DNA of 64,000 nucleotides from an uncultured Syntrophomonadaceae bacterium (GCA_964464625.1 CAYXKD010000006.1:1256-65255), one strand, 5' to 3'. Shown: positions 49,084 through 60,043, numbered from the stretch's first letter. Notes: generated by a model not told the origin, from the sequence alone. A program made the numbers and translations.

Positions 49084-49110
49084 GCCTCGCTGCGGCGGGG
49101 CTATTTTTTT
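49084..49110 (+). terminator. Intrinsic terminator
   Basis: GCCTCGC-TGCG-GCGGGGC followed by TATTTTTTT. Confidence 0.75.
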
Positions 49111-49151
49111 GTTACTGGGAAAACATATGATTGATCAAGGAGGCAGCTCCG

Positions 49152-49481
49152 TTGGGCGATGGACAGAGGTCAGGGACGAATGAGCATAACCGGCAAAGAG
49201 AGCTGCAGCGGCGCCTGATTATCCGGATGGCCCGCCTGTCACAGGAGCTGGAGAAATTTAATCTGGCTGAATATATGAACCTGCTGAACAATCCCCGGCG
49301 CTATATATTAATTAATTTCACCGGCGGACTTTTCCGCGGCCTCGGTTTCGGACTGGGAGCGACACTGCTGGCGGCCCTGCTCATTTATATCATGCAGCGA
49401 CTAGTGGTCCTTAACTTGCCGCTCATCGGGGACTTCATTGCTGAACTGATCAAAATTGTTAATGAACAATTGAGAGGATGA
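49152..49481 (+). CDS. DUF5665-like membrane protein
   Basis: AEYMNLLNNPRR...NFTGGLFRGLGFGLG...LPLIGDFIAE. TTG at 49152 follows AGGAGG. Confidence 0.7.
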   Translation: MGDGQRSGTNEHNRQRELQRRLIIRMARLSQELEKFNLAEYMNLLNNPRRYILINFTGGLFRGLGFGLGATLLAALLIYIMQRLVVLNLPLIGDFIAELIKIVNEQLRG

Positions 49482-49493
49482 GGTGAAGAGAAG

Positions 49494-50093
49494 ATGGATC
49501 TCCATCTGGAAAAACATGAAGCTGCCTTGAAAGAGGCGCGGCAAAAGCTGCTGGAGCAGCTTGGGGAATGCCCTTACCGGGGGTCGGGCATCGGTATGCG
49601 CGAAAGTGTTACCGACCTCTCCTTTGCCGACAATCACCCTGCCGATCTGGGCACAGAAAATTTTGAACGGAGCAAGGATCTCTCCCTTCGTGAGTCGCGT
49701 CTCACCCGGTTGCGCTACATTGAAGAGGCACTTGCACGCATTGATGGCGGCACTTACGGGACTTGCCGGCGCTGCGGCGAGACAATCTCACCGGAGAGGC
49801 TTGAAGCGGTCCCGGAGGCGCCCCTCTGCCTGCTCTGCCGCGAATACGAAGAGAAGGCTGCTGGAAAAGAGGGGCGCCGCCCTGTGGAAGAGGAACTCCT
49901 TTCACCGCCTTTTGCACGCAGCACTGGCCGGGATGATCTCTTTTTTGACAGCGAAGATTGCTGGCAGGCCGTCGCCGGGCATAATAAACGGCCCTTTATC
50001 TACGAAGATATCCTTGATGATAAGGAAAAGGGGCTTGTTGAGGATACCGATGCCCTGAGCAATGAGGATCTTCGCAAGCAGCTTCCTGATTAG
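49494..50093 (+). CDS. yteA: YteA-family TraR/DksA C4 zinc-finger protein
   Basis: LSFADNHPADLGTENFER.KD, EEALARIDGGTYGTCRRCG..I..ERLEAVP...LC..C. Confidence 0.8.
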   Translation: MDLHLEKHEAALKEARQKLLEQLGECPYRGSGIGMRESVTDLSFADNHPADLGTENFERSKDLSLRESRLTRLRYIEEALARIDGGTYGTCRRCGETISPERLEAVPEAPLCLLCREYEEKAAGKEGRRPVEEELLSPPFARSTGRDDLFFDSEDCWQAVAGHNKRPFIYEDILDDKEKGLVEDTDALSNEDLRKQLPD

Positions 50094-50161
50094 CTTGTTT
50101 TTCGCAGCTCTGCTGTGATAGAATAGCTCCCAGCAGGTACGAAGCGCCGGGAGGGAAAGGA

Positions 50162-50620
50162 TTGCGCCTTTTTTTAGTTGTTGCCGCGGTTGTAGCCGCT
50201 GATCAGTTTTCCAAGTACCTCGTTGCTTCAAGGATGGATGTGGGCCAGTCAATCCCAGTAATCAAAGGGTTCCTGGCTATTACCTATGTCCGGAACCCCG
50301 GAGCAGCTTTTGGTATGTTCCCTTACCGGACAGTTATCTTCATCATTGTTACACTTATTGTCATAGGCATGATCATCTATTACTACCGCGTTCTTCCCGA
50401 AGGACATACCCTGCTGCGGCTGGGACTGGCGCTGCAACTGGGCGGAGCATTGGGAAATTTGATTGATAGGGTGCGAAGTGTTTATGTCATCGATTTTATC
50501 GACATCAAATTCTTTCCGCCCGTTTTTAACCTGGCTGATACATCAATTGTCTTCGGGGTGATTATTTTTCTCTTTGTTTTTTGGCGGATATTTCCCCCGG
50601 TGGAGAGCAGTCCGCAGTAG
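50162..50620 (+). CDS. lspA: Lipoprotein signal peptidase
   Basis: DQFSK, RNPGAAFG, GGALGNLIDR, VIDFI, FNLADT. Confidence 0.96.
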   Translation: MRLFLVVAAVVAADQFSKYLVASRMDVGQSIPVIKGFLAITYVRNPGAAFGMFPYRTVIFIIVTLIVIGMIIYYYRVLPEGHTLLRLGLALQLGGALGNLIDRVRSVYVIDFIDIKFFPPVFNLADTSIVFGVIIFLFVFWRIFPPVESSPQ

Positions 50621-50649
50621 TGTAATCAATATTATGGGGAGATGAGTAG

Positions 50650-51417
50650 ATGCACCGGATTCTCTTTCATATCGGCAGTTTGCCGGTTTATTCTTATGGG
50701 GCCATGATTTCACTGGCTGTACTGATCATTGCAATTTTAATGTCCAGGGAATCCTCCCGCGTGGGGATCAGCCCCGATCACACCCTGGAGGCCATCATTT
50801 TTGCCGTCATCGGGGGCCTGCTGGGCTCGAGGATTCTTTATGTGCTACTGAACTGGGAATATTACCGGGGGCGCTGGCAAGATATCTTCTTCGCCCGGTT
50901 TGAAGGCCTTACATTTTACGGCGCCTTTCTGGGCGGTGTCATTGCTGTTATACTGTGGTGCCGCTGGCGCAAAATTGACTTTTTCAAATTTACTGATCTT
51001 GCCGCGCCTTATTTTATCCTTGGCTATGCCTTTGGGCGGACGGGCTGTTTCCTTAACGGCTGCTGTTACGGCAGGGTGAGTGCTGTCCCCTGGGCAGTGG
51101 TAATTCCCGCGGTGGACAACCTGCCCCGGCACCCTGTTCAGCTTTACGCTGCCGCAGGAGCCTTGATCATCTTTATTGTGTTGAAGCTATTTCAGCGCTA
51201 TCGCCCCTATGTGGGCTTTAACATCATTGCCCTCTGCGCTTTCTATGGGACCCTGCGCTTTATTACAGAATTTTTCCGTGAAGAGGCGATCTTATGGATG
51301 GGATTGACCCTGGCACAGCTGTTCAGCCTGGGGCTGACGATCCTCTCACTTGCGCTCATGCTGTACCTTTTTTCCTTACAGCCGCAGAAGGGCAGGAAGG
51401 CTTTGGGCAAAAAGTAA
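50650..51417 (+). CDS. lgt: Prolipoprotein diacylglyceryl transferase
   Basis: YSYG, GLTFYGA, GRTGCFLNGCCYG, RHPVQLY, RFITEFFR. Confidence 0.94.
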   Translation: MHRILFHIGSLPVYSYGAMISLAVLIIAILMSRESSRVGISPDHTLEAIIFAVIGGLLGSRILYVLLNWEYYRGRWQDIFFARFEGLTFYGAFLGGVIAVILWCRWRKIDFFKFTDLAAPYFILGYAFGRTGCFLNGCCYGRVSAVPWAVVIPAVDNLPRHPVQLYAAAGALIIFIVLKLFQRYRPYVGFNIIALCAFYGTLRFITEFFREEAILWMGLTLAQLFSLGLTILSLALMLYLFSLQPQKGRKALGKK

Positions 51418-51471
51418 AGGTACGGAGTCGTTGGGGCGTCCGATTTCACCAGTGATCAGAGGTGGGCTCTG

Positions 51472-52410
51472 TTGTCGAAAAGATTGGAGTTTACCGCCGG
51501 TAGTGAGGATGCGGGGCGGCGCCTTGATCTATTTCTGGTGGGTAAAGAATCCTCTCTTTCACGCAACAAGGCTCAGAAATTGATCTCCCTTGGGTCCGTC
51601 TACGTTAATGAGCACTGCTGCTCTGATAAAAATTATCGCCTCCAGGCGGAAGATAGCGTTGTGCTGAATCTCCCCGCAAAGCGCCCTTTGCAGCTCCTGG
51701 CGGAACAGATCCCTCTGGATATTGTCTATGAGGATGATGATCTTCTGGTAATCAACAAGCCCCGGGGAATGGTTGTTCATCCCGCACCGGGCCATGACAG
51801 TGGCACCCTGGTGAATGCCCTGCTCAGTCATTGTGCAGCCCTCTCCAGAGCCGGCGGGGCTGATCGCCCGGGGATCGTACACCGCCTGGACAGGGATACA
51901 ACGGGGCTTATTATTGCCGCCAAAAACGATTCCTGCCATGCCTTTCTGGCGGCGCAGCTGCGTGCGCGCACCATGCGGCGCGAATATATCGCCCTGGTCT
52001 ACGGAAAGGTCAGCCCCGCTGCAGGAAGGATCGAGGCGCCGGTGGGCCGCCATCCCCGCCACCGCCGGCTCATGGCGGTGGTCCCCGGAGGGAGGGAGGC
52101 TGTAACCCGTTACCGTGCCATTGCCATGCTCGGCGCCTTTACCCTGCTTCAGGTAAGCCTGGAAACGGGCCGCACCCATCAGGTAAGGGTTCATCTGAAC
52201 TTTATAAAGCATCCTGTGGCCGGTGATCCGCTGTACGGGCCCGGCTGCACTCCCGATCTGCCGCCCCCGCTCTGCCGTGGGCAGGCGCTCCATGCCCGCC
52301 GCATCTCTTTTCTCCATCCCCGCAGCGGGCGGAGATTCGAATTCACCGCCCCCCTGCCTCCTGACTTTCGCGAAGGGCTGCGCCTGCTGCGGGAGCGCTT
52401 CCGCAACTGA
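51472..52410 (+). CDS. rluD: RluA/RluD-family pseudouridine synthase
   Basis: S4 domain (RRLD), NKPRGMVVHP, GIVHRLDRDTTG, ETGRTHQVRVH, GDPLYG, LHA. Confidence 0.93.
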   Translation: MSKRLEFTAGSEDAGRRLDLFLVGKESSLSRNKAQKLISLGSVYVNEHCCSDKNYRLQAEDSVVLNLPAKRPLQLLAEQIPLDIVYEDDDLLVINKPRGMVVHPAPGHDSGTLVNALLSHCAALSRAGGADRPGIVHRLDRDTTGLIIAAKNDSCHAFLAAQLRARTMRREYIALVYGKVSPAAGRIEAPVGRHPRHRRLMAVVPGGREAVTRYRAIAMLGAFTLLQVSLETGRTHQVRVHLNFIKHPVAGDPLYGPGCTPDLPPPLCRGQALHARRISFLHPRSGRRFEFTAPLPPDFREGLRLLRERFRN

Positions 52411-52539
52411 TTAATTTACAGACACGGCTGGTTTTCAAATATGTGGGGATTGCGGAAGGCGGCCGGGATTATTGCAAAAAATGGGCCGTTGAATGCCCGG
52501 TTAAATGGAGCAGCGGTAATGGTAAAGGGGTGCAGGCAA

Positions 52540-53427
52540 ATGTCGGATCGTAGAGGGGGAGGTAAGGGGAAAACCCTAAAAACAGTTTCGGTCTTTTCAG
52601 TCCTGATATTTATTCTGATGATTATCTTTTTTCTTCCTGCACTCAAATCGTTGATCTGTCAAAAGGTGCATAGAGGGTTTATTGAGCAGGTTGATAGATA
52701 CGCGCTTCCGGCAAATATAAAAATAGTCCAATTAGAATACAGGGACGATGGTGACATTGTGTCTACAGCGGTTTCTGCGGGCGCCAGCGGGGTGGTTTTC
52801 CACAGGGAAGGCAATAGATATTACGCGCTTACAGCCCGGCATGTGGTGGCAGGTATTGACGGCGCCAATCAAATCCGGTTTATAGCAATGGGATATGATG
52901 ACCTTGATTATGCAGATGCCCTGGATAGGGGAGAAAAATACCGGGGCATAGCCGGCTATTATCAGCAGTTCCCTGAAGCTGCAGTAGAATTTTCAAGTGA
53001 TCAATATGACCTGGCCATTATCAGTTTTGTTTCCGAAAAAGATCTCGCGGCTCTGCCTGTCTCAGATAAAATGCCCGCCTATGGAGATAAGGTTGCCGCT
53101 ATGAGCAATCCCCATGGTAAAAGAAATACGATCACTGTCGGGAGAATCAGCAGCCGGAAAGAGGCGCCCTTCGGCGATGAGGCCGGTAAAATGCAGCACG
53201 GCGTGATCAGGCACACATGTGTCCTCTCTGAAGGAAGCAGCGGGAGCGCTTTGCTTGGCGAAAACCTGGAGATTGTGGGGATAAATCTGGGCGGCGGTGG
53301 AAATTTATTTCGCCGACATCTCTACGGGATGGCCATGCCCGCTAACCGTATTCTGGATTTTTTGGAGGAGTGGAGCTGCGCTGCTCCAGAAGGTGTCTTA
53401 ATTCCTCTTCCTGCGGGTTTACGATGA
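52540..53427 (+). CDS. Membrane-anchored trypsin-like serine protease (no PDZ domain)
   Basis: N-terminal TM, then ASGVVF, LTARHVV (His), DLAII (Asp), EGSSGSAL (Ser), IVGIN. Confidence 0.8.
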   Translation: MSDRRGGGKGKTLKTVSVFSVLIFILMIIFFLPALKSLICQKVHRGFIEQVDRYALPANIKIVQLEYRDDGDIVSTAVSAGASGVVFHREGNRYYALTARHVVAGIDGANQIRFIAMGYDDLDYADALDRGEKYRGIAGYYQQFPEAAVEFSSDQYDLAIISFVSEKDLAALPVSDKMPAYGDKVAAMSNPHGKRNTITVGRISSRKEAPFGDEAGKMQHGVIRHTCVLSEGSSGSALLGENLEIVGINLGGGGNLFRRHLYGMAMPANRILDFLEEWSCAAPEGVLIPLPAGLR

Positions 53428-55111
53428 TGGTTTTGAAAGGTTCGTACAGCACAAATCCCGGCCTGCCGCCCGGGGCTCGCTTCACGTGGCGCACCTCGGT
53501 GTAGTCCACCGCCACGGCGGGCAGATCCCGGCCCCGGCTGTAATGTGCAGCAAGCAGCGCCGCCTCCTGAAGATCGCTCTCTGCAGGCGGGCCGGTACCG
53601 GCCCCTTTAATGATCACATGGCTGCCCGGCAGCCTCTGTGCATGCAGCCAGATATCATACCTGGTAGCCAGCTTGAATGTAAGATGATCGTTCTGGCGAT
53701 TGTTCTGCCCCACCAGAATCTTTTTCCCCGAAGAGGCAAGAAAAGAAAGTGGCTGGGGCTTCTCCCGGCGGCGCTTTTTTTTACGCTGCGGCTTTTTTCT
53801 TGAGTCGGGCTTCATATAGCCTGACTCCACGAGCTCTTCACGGATCTCCAATAGAGAGGCGGCGCTTCCTTCTTCTATGGTGTATAGAAGCTCCCGGCAG
53901 TATGCCAGCTCCCCTTGCAATCTGGATATATGTTTTTTCAGGTGTTTTCGGCTGTTGCTTATTTTCCGGTAGATCCGGAAATATTTCTGTGCATTGCCAA
54001 GGGCATCCAGGGATGGATTCATGGGGATGGTGATCTTCTCATCCGGCTGATAAAGGCTGGGTAAAATGATCTCTTCCGCCCTGCTGTTGATCCCGGTGCC
54101 GTATGTGAGAAGTGTCTCCCCGTAAATGCGGTAGCGATCCGCCTCCCCTGCCTGCAGCAGATCCCTTTTCAGCTGTTCCAGCTTCATTTCCAGGCTTCTC
54201 TTGCGGCGGTTTACCCTGGAGCGCAGCCGGTCTTGCAGAAGTTTTCTTTCTTCCGCTTCCTCCAGCCGGCTGTAATAATGATCCAGCAACTCACTCATCT
54301 TCGTAAATTTTTGCAGGGTGCTGTCCTGAAGGTGGGTCAGCGGGTAGGAGGCATAAATATTTAATTGGGGAGCCATGCAGGCTTCCAGCGCGCCGCTTTT
54401 GCCAAAGAGAGCCTTCATTTCCCGGGTGAGCCGCTCCAAAGAGCCCAGGGGCGCCTCTTTATCCCATTTGCTGCGATAAATCAGCTCCCGGGCGGCCAGG
54501 GGGCTGATGGCGCGCACTGTTTTAAGCAGTGCCTGATCCGGACTGCTACCTTTCGCCAGCAGGGGCAGCAGCGTTGCGGCGAGCCTCTCCCCCTCTGTCT
54601 CAGAGGGGTCAAGCCTGGATTGCGGAGGCACCTCCTCATAGGGCAGCCCCGGCAAAACTGCGCGCCGCGGGTTTTGTTCCCGGGTGGCGGTTTTGATTGC
54701 ACCCAGGATTATTTCCTCCTCATCGACCAGGATCACATTGCTCCGCCGTCCCATGATCTCGGCGATTATTTTTACCGGAGGCAGAACTTCATGGGCTTCA
54801 AAGTGCAGCATCAAAATTCGCTCCAGGTGAGGCTGAACAACAGCGGAAATCCGCGCACCTGTGAGATATTTCCGCAGGAGCATGCAGAAAGGAGGTGGCT
54901 GTTGGGGAAGGCGATAGCTCCGCCCGGTGAGGTGGACCCGGGCATGGTGGGGATGCGTTGAAAGCAGCAGGCCGTATTCTTCTCCGGCATGATAGAGGGA
55001 GAGGACAATCACCTGGCGTGAGGGCTGGGTAACCCGCTGTACTCGCGCCCCTATTGCCATCTCCCGCAGCTCCGCCGCCACCGCTGTCATCGCCAGAACA
55101 TCAAAGGTCAT
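53342..55111 (-). CDS. rqcH: Ribosome quality control NFACT protein RqcH
   Basis: MTFD, PPPFCMLLRK, EIMGRRSNVILVD, NAQKYF.IY.K, VGQNNRQND, WLHAQ.LPGSHV, VDYT...V. Start set at the ATG at 55111. Confidence 0.94.
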   Translation of the reverse strand: MTFDVLAMTAVAAELREMAIGARVQRVTQPSRQVIVLSLYHAGEEYGLLLSTHPHHARVHLTGRSYRLPQQPPPFCMLLRKYLTGARISAVVQPHLERILMLHFEAHEVLPPVKIIAEIMGRRSNVILVDEEEIILGAIKTATREQNPRRAVLPGLPYEEVPPQSRLDPSETEGERLAATLLPLLAKGSSPDQALLKTVRAISPLAARELIYRSKWDKEAPLGSLERLTREMKALFGKSGALEACMAPQLNIYASYPLTHLQDSTLQKFTKMSELLDHYYSRLEEAEERKLLQDRLRSRVNRRKRSLEMKLEQLKRDLLQAGEADRYRIYGETLLTYGTGINSRAEEIILPSLYQPDEKITIPMNPSLDALGNAQKYFRIYRKISNSRKHLKKHISRLQGELAYCRELLYTIEEGSAASLLEIREELVESGYMKPDSRKKPQRKKKRRREKPQPLSFLASSGKKILVGQNNRQNDHLTFKLATRYDIWLHAQRLPGSHVIIKGAGTGPPAESDLQEAALLAAHYSRGRDLPAVAVDYTEVRHVKRAPGGRPGFVLYEPFKTIIVNPQEEELRHLLEQRSSTPPKNPEYG

Positions 55112-55310
55112 CTGAGCAGGCCTCCCCGCTATCTTTGTATACAGTATACACTTCTCCTTGATTACCACAAGTTATTGGAAAGCCGGGGCAGTTACCGGAT
55201 GTTGGGATATGGCGGATGTTTAGCTTTGGATGCTGGAGAGGGGATAGCGGGAGTTCTCTGTACGATGATATAATGGAAATGCCAGTAAAAAATTCTGGGA
55301 GGTTTTTTAA

Positions 55311-56183
55311 ATGGCAGCTGAAGTAAAAAAGATCGCTGTTGTCGGTGCCGGAAATATGGGTCACCAGATCTCCATCTGCTGCGCTCTGGCGGGTTTGCAA
55401 ACGAGCTGTATTGATGTCAGTGCGGAGCAGCTCCGTAAGGCGGAGTCCTTTCTCAGGAATTACCTGCCCGACCGTATAGCCAGGGGAAAGATCTCCGAAA
55501 AGGATGCCGGCGGGGTGGAGTCGCGGCTCAGCTTTACCGGGGAGCTCGAAGAAGGTGTCAGAGAGGCTGATTTTGTTATCGAGGCTGTCACGGAGAAGCT
55601 TGATCTGAAAAAAGAGCTCTTTCGCAATCTGGACCGCATTTGCGCTCCGCAGACCATTCTGGCTACAAACAGCTCTTTTTTCGTCAGCTCCCTCCTGGCA
55701 TCGGAAACAGCCCGTCCCGCCCTGGTTTGCAACATGCATTTTTTCAATCCGGCACTGGTCATGAAGTGTGTTGAAATAGTTAAAGGGCCGCACACTTCTG
55801 AAGAGACCGCCGGGGTGGCAATGGAGCTGGCTTCGAAAATGGGGAAGAAACCTGTTCTGCTCCATAAAGAGATCTACGGCTTCCTGGTCAACAGAATCCT
55901 GCGCCGGATCATGGATGAAGCGCTATTTTTGCTGGATACCGGTGTGGCCTCCGCCGCAGACATTGACAGCGCCGTGGTGAACGCTTTGGGACATCCCATG
56001 GGTCCCTTTACCCTGATGGATCTGACGGGGATTGATCTGAGCTACCATATTGCCATGGAGCGATACCGCGAAACAGGCGACTCCGCCGAAAAGCCTTCGC
56101 CAACGGTAGTCGAAAAATATGTAAGGGGCGAATGGGGGCGGAGGAAAGGGCGCGGTTTTTACGAATATAAAAACAAGGGTTAG
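55311..56183 (+). CDS. hbd: 3-hydroxyacyl(butyryl)-CoA dehydrogenase
   Basis: VVGAGNMG, VIEAVTE, LATNSS, MHFFNP, GFLVNR, GHPMGPFTL.DLTGID, GRGFYEY. Confidence 0.9.
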   Translation: MAAEVKKIAVVGAGNMGHQISICCALAGLQTSCIDVSAEQLRKAESFLRNYLPDRIARGKISEKDAGGVESRLSFTGELEEGVREADFVIEAVTEKLDLKKELFRNLDRICAPQTILATNSSFFVSSLLASETARPALVCNMHFFNPALVMKCVEIVKGPHTSEETAGVAMELASKMGKKPVLLHKEIYGFLVNRILRRIMDEALFLLDTGVASAADIDSAVVNALGHPMGPFTLMDLTGIDLSYHIAMERYRETGDSAEKPSPTVVEKYVRGEWGRRKGRGFYEYKNKG

Positions 56184-56260
56184 ACAGCCCTGAACAAGTC
56201 ATCAGCAGAACCCCCCGGGCATAACAATTAAGAGAAATTAAATGCCAAAGGGGGGTTTTT

Positions 56261-58984
56261 GTGTTTTCCCAGTGGACTACCCTGGAAACCGGAGAGCTTT
56301 TTCGCCTGCTGGGGACACTTCCGGAAAGGGGTTTGGCAAAGGAAGACGTAGAAAAAAGGCGCCGCCGCTGGGGTAAAAACCTTCTGGTCACTGCCGCTCC
56401 CCTGTCCCTGCCTCTCCTCTTTTTAAACCAGTTCAAGGATTTTATGGTTCTCATCCTGCTGGGAGCCACGCTGCTGGCGGCACTGTTGGGTGAAATCTCC
56501 GATGCTCTTACCATCCTGGTAATTGTGCTGCTTAATGCTTTTCTCGGGTTTATCCAGGAATACCGCGCAGAGCGCTCCCTGGAGGCTTTGCAAAAAATGG
56601 CGGCGCCACGGGCGCGGGTGCTGCGGGAGGGGAGCTTAAGTATTATTCCCGCTGCAGAGGTGGTGCCGGGAGATCTGGTTTATCTCGAGCCTGGAGACCG
56701 GGTCTGCTCCGATTTGCGCCTTTACGACAGCCAGGGGCTTATGCTGAATGAGGCGGCTCTCACAGGGGAGTCAGCGGCTGTCTACAAGAAAGCAGGTAAG
56801 CTTCTTTTTACCCCGGCCTCGCCGGGTGACGCCGCGAACATGGCCTTCAGCGGCACCGGGGTGCTTGCAGGGCGGGGAAAGGGCCTGGTAGTGGCTACAG
56901 GGATGGAAACAGAGATCGGGCGCATTGCTCATATGATCAGGGAGGCGGAGCGCGGCGTCACTCCCCTGCAGGCGCGTCTGGCCCGCCTGGGCAAGATCCT
57001 GGTCTGGGTTTGCCTTGCGGTCTGCCTGGGGATGACCCTGCTGGGTGTGATCCGCGGCAAGGAGCCTTATGCCATGTTCATGGCCGGTGTGAGCCTGGCT
57101 GTCGCCGCCATTCCCGAAGGACTACCTGCTATTGTAACCGTCTCCCTGGCCCTGGGGGTGCAGCGGATGATTAGACGCCGGGCTATTGTCCGGCGCCTTC
57201 CTGCAGTGGAAACACTGGGCTCGGCAACAGTGATCTGCTCTGATAAAACGGGGACACTTACAGAAAACAAGATGAAGGTGAACCGCATTTTTACAGGCGG
57301 ACGTCTTTACAGCTTTGAAGCAGGAACCTTTATGGTTAAAAAAGTGGAGGGGGAGGGCTGGGAAAAAGCGCTGCTCCATCCTGACGGCCTCCTCGGTTTT
57401 TCACTTTTAATTGCTGCACAGTGCAACAATGCCTATCGCGAAGGCGATCTTTTTAAAGGCGATCCCACCGAGACTGCTCTTCTGGAAAGCGCTGTTGCAG
57501 CAGGAATCAAGCCTCATTCGGGCCGGCGGGAGAGGGAGTACCCTTTCTCTTCCGAGCGTAAGATGATGAGCGTTATTCAGCGCGGCCGCAGGCGCCGCCT
57601 TCTACTAAAAGGGGCGCCAGAAATCGTTTTGGAGCGCTGCAGTTATTACCTTTCTGAAAATAAGAGGGTTGTGCCGTTGAACGCGGTGAAACGGCGGGAA
57701 CTGCTGGCTCAGCTGGAGATTATGGCCGGGTTGGCGCTGCGTCCCCTGGCAGTGGCTTACCGGGAGCTCTCTCCGGAAAGGGGAGCGTTGAACCATAGCG
57801 CAGCATCGGGAAGATTTGCAGACAGTGCAGAGGAATTGGAAAGAGAGCTGGTCTGGGCAGGCCTCTTCGGACTGGAAGACCCACCCCGCCCTGAAGCGCT
57901 GCCGGCAATTCGTCTTTGCCATCGGGCCGGAATAAGGGTGGTCATGATCACCGGAGACCATCGCTCCACCGCCGAGGCGGTAGCCCGCCGCCTGGAGATT
58001 CTTCAACGAGGCGGCAAAGTGATGCTGGGAGAGGAGCTCAACGCTCTTGATGACCGCGAGCTGCTGCGGATCATCGGGGGGGTGCAGGTCTTTGCCCGGG
58101 TCAGCCCCATGCATAAGCTGCGTATCGTCCGGGCTCTTAAGCGGCGCGGTGAAGTTGTGGCCATGACGGGCGATGGGATTAACGATGCTCCTGCAGTAAA
58201 AGAGGCTGATATCGGTATTGCCATGGGGCTCACCGGAACGGATGTGACCCGGGAAGCCGCTTCCCTCATCCTGGCCGATGATAATTTTAAAACCATTGTT
58301 GCGGCGGTGGAAGAGGGGCGCAGCATCTACGGGAATATCCGCAAGTTTATCCGCTTCCTGCTAGGCTGCAATACGGGGGAAGTGCTGACCATGCTACTGG
58401 CGATTCTCAGCGGACTGCCGCTGCCGCTGCGTCCCCTTCAGATCTTGTGGATAAATCTCGTAACCGACGGCCTTCCCGCCCTGGCTCTGGGCGTGGATCC
58501 TCCTGAAGAAACATTGATGGAGCTACCGCCCCGCCGCCGCAAGGAAGGCCTTTTCAGCCGCGGCTTATGGGGTAAACTGCTGTTTCGCGGTATCATGATC
58601 GGGGCGGTGACTGTGTCGCTTTTCGGGCTGGCACTGGCCTCCGGAGCGGACATTGCAAAGGCGCAGACATTGGCCTTCGCCGCACTGATCCTGGCTCAAC
58701 TGGTCTATGTTTACGACTGCCGCAGCGAAGAAGCCTCTTTTTCAAGAAACCGCCGGCGCAACTTTCTCCTTGATGGAGCGGTGCTTTCATCCTGCCTTCT
58801 CATGGCCGTTGTTATTCACCATCCCCTGTTATCTGCCATTTTCGGCACTGTCCCCCTTTCCGCCCTGGAGTGGGCCGCTGCTTTTGGCGCTGCTTTTCTG
58901 CCCGCCTTGCCCGAACTTTTCGCCTCACTGATTAAAAGCGTTTTTCCTGGAAAAAAGAGAGCGGTAACAGGGAAATACTCTTGA
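56261..58984 (+). CDS. yloB: P-type (P2A, Ca2+-type) ATPase, YloB-like
   Basis: [49 protein letters not shown]. Confidence 0.9.
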   Translation: MFSQWTTLETGELFRLLGTLPERGLAKEDVEKRRRRWGKNLLVTAAPLSLPLLFLNQFKDFMVLILLGATLLAALLGEISDALTILVIVLLNAFLGFIQEYRAERSLEALQKMAAPRARVLREGSLSIIPAAEVVPGDLVYLEPGDRVCSDLRLYDSQGLMLNEAALTGESAAVYKKAGKLLFTPASPGDAANMAFSGTGVLAGRGKGLVVATGMETEIGRIAHMIREAERGVTPLQARLARLGKILVWVCLAVCLGMTLLGVIRGKEPYAMFMAGVSLAVAAIPEGLPAIVTVSLALGVQRMIRRRAIVRRLPAVETLGSATVICSDKTGTLTENKMKVNRIFTGGRLYSFEAGTFMVKKVEGEGWEKALLHPDGLLGFSLLIAAQCNNAYREGDLFKGDPTETALLESAVAAGIKPHSGRREREYPFSSERKMMSVIQRGRRRRLLLKGAPEIVLERCSYYLSENKRVVPLNAVKRRELLAQLEIMAGLALRPLAVAYRELSPERGALNHSAASGRFADSAEELERELVWAGLFGLEDPPRPEALPAIRLCHRAGIRVVMITGDHRSTAEAVARRLEILQRGGKVMLGEELNALDDRELLRIIGGVQVFARVSPMHKLRIVRALKRRGEVVAMTGDGINDAPAVKEADIGIAMGLTGTDVTREAASLILADDNFKTIVAAVEEGRSIYGNIRKFIRFLLGCNTGEVLTMLLAILSGLPLPLRPLQILWINLVTDGLPALALGVDPPEETLMELPPRRRKEGLFSRGLWGKLLFRGIMIGAVTVSLFGLALASGADIAKAQTLAFAALILAQLVYVYDCRSEEASFSRNRRRNFLLDGAVLSSCLLMAVVIHHPLLSAIFGTVPLSALEWAAAFGAAFLPALPELFASLIKSVFPGKKRAVTGKYS

Positions 58985-59139
58985 GTTCAACTTTCCCAGG
59001 TGTTAAGATAAATAGAAATAGGATTCTGGAACGATTAACATTATTTTTCCAGACCGGGGATTGCCGCTTTTCAGGGCGGGAGGCTCAGGCCTTCGCCGGC
59101 GGGCGGCAGCCCAGGGGGCGAAAGAGAGGTCTTGTTGCC

Positions 59140-60015
59140 TTGCTCAGAAGCATGACCGGATATGGCCGGGGGAGTTGCTCCGGAGAAAACAGCGGTGTTA
59201 CCGTGGAGCTGCGCTCGGTAAACCACCGGTATGCCGATTTGTTTTTACGGGTTCCCCGGGAAATATACTTCTTTGAGGACCGTATTCGTCGCTTGCTAAA
59301 GAAGGAGGTCCGGAGAGGCCGCGTTGAGGTGAATATAACTTTGAGCGGTTCGCCTGCCGGTGAAGAGGCTGTTATGTTGAACAAAGAGCTTGCCTCCGCC
59401 TATTATCGTGTTCTGGAGGGCCTGGCAGATCATCTCCGTATTCCCATGACATTGGGTGTGGGAGAGCTCATTCAGATGCCGGGGGTTTTGCAGGAACGGT
59501 GTGATGCGCCAGGAGAAGAACAAATTTGGCCTTTTTTGGAGAGAGCGCTGCAGGAGGCGCTGGAAAGCCTGGTAAAATCACGGAATGAAGAGGGAAACAA
59601 TCTTTCACGGGATCTGAAGCTGCGGCTGGAACGGATTGATGCAATGGTGGAGGAGCTGACCGATCTTGCTCCTGCTGTGCTGGAAGAGCAGCAGCTTCGC
59701 CTGAAGAACAGGCTTACGGAGATGTTGGGAGATCATTTTGAACAGAACAGGATCCTTATGGAATGTGCCGTCCTGGCTGAGCGAATGGATATTCATGAAG
59801 AGGTGATCAGGTTAAAAAGCCACCTGGATTCTTTTGGCGGGATTCTCTGCGGCGATGGTGCCGCCGGCCGCCGTCTCGACTTTCTTGCCCAGGAGCTCTT
59901 TCGCGAAATCAATACAGTAGGGGCTAAATCACAGGATTACCGGATAGCAACCCTGGTGGTGGAAATGAAAACCGAACTTGAAAAGATGCGGGAGCAGATA
60001 CAGAATATCGAATGA
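59140..60015 (+). CDS. yloC: YicC/YloC-family endoribonuclease
   Basis: LRSMTGYG, ELRSVNHRY, RGRVE, DIHEE..RL.SH, GRRLDFLAQE..REINT, EKMREQIQNIE. TTG start at 59140. Confidence 0.93.
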   Translation: MLRSMTGYGRGSCSGENSGVTVELRSVNHRYADLFLRVPREIYFFEDRIRRLLKKEVRRGRVEVNITLSGSPAGEEAVMLNKELASAYYRVLEGLADHLRIPMTLGVGELIQMPGVLQERCDAPGEEQIWPFLERALQEALESLVKSRNEEGNNLSRDLKLRLERIDAMVEELTDLAPAVLEEQQLRLKNRLTEMLGDHFEQNRILMECAVLAERMDIHEEVIRLKSHLDSFGGILCGDGAAGRRLDFLAQELFREINTVGAKSQDYRIATLVVEMKTELEKMREQIQNIE

Positions 60016-60043
60016 GCAATAAGGAGAAAAGGGGTTAAAAAAG

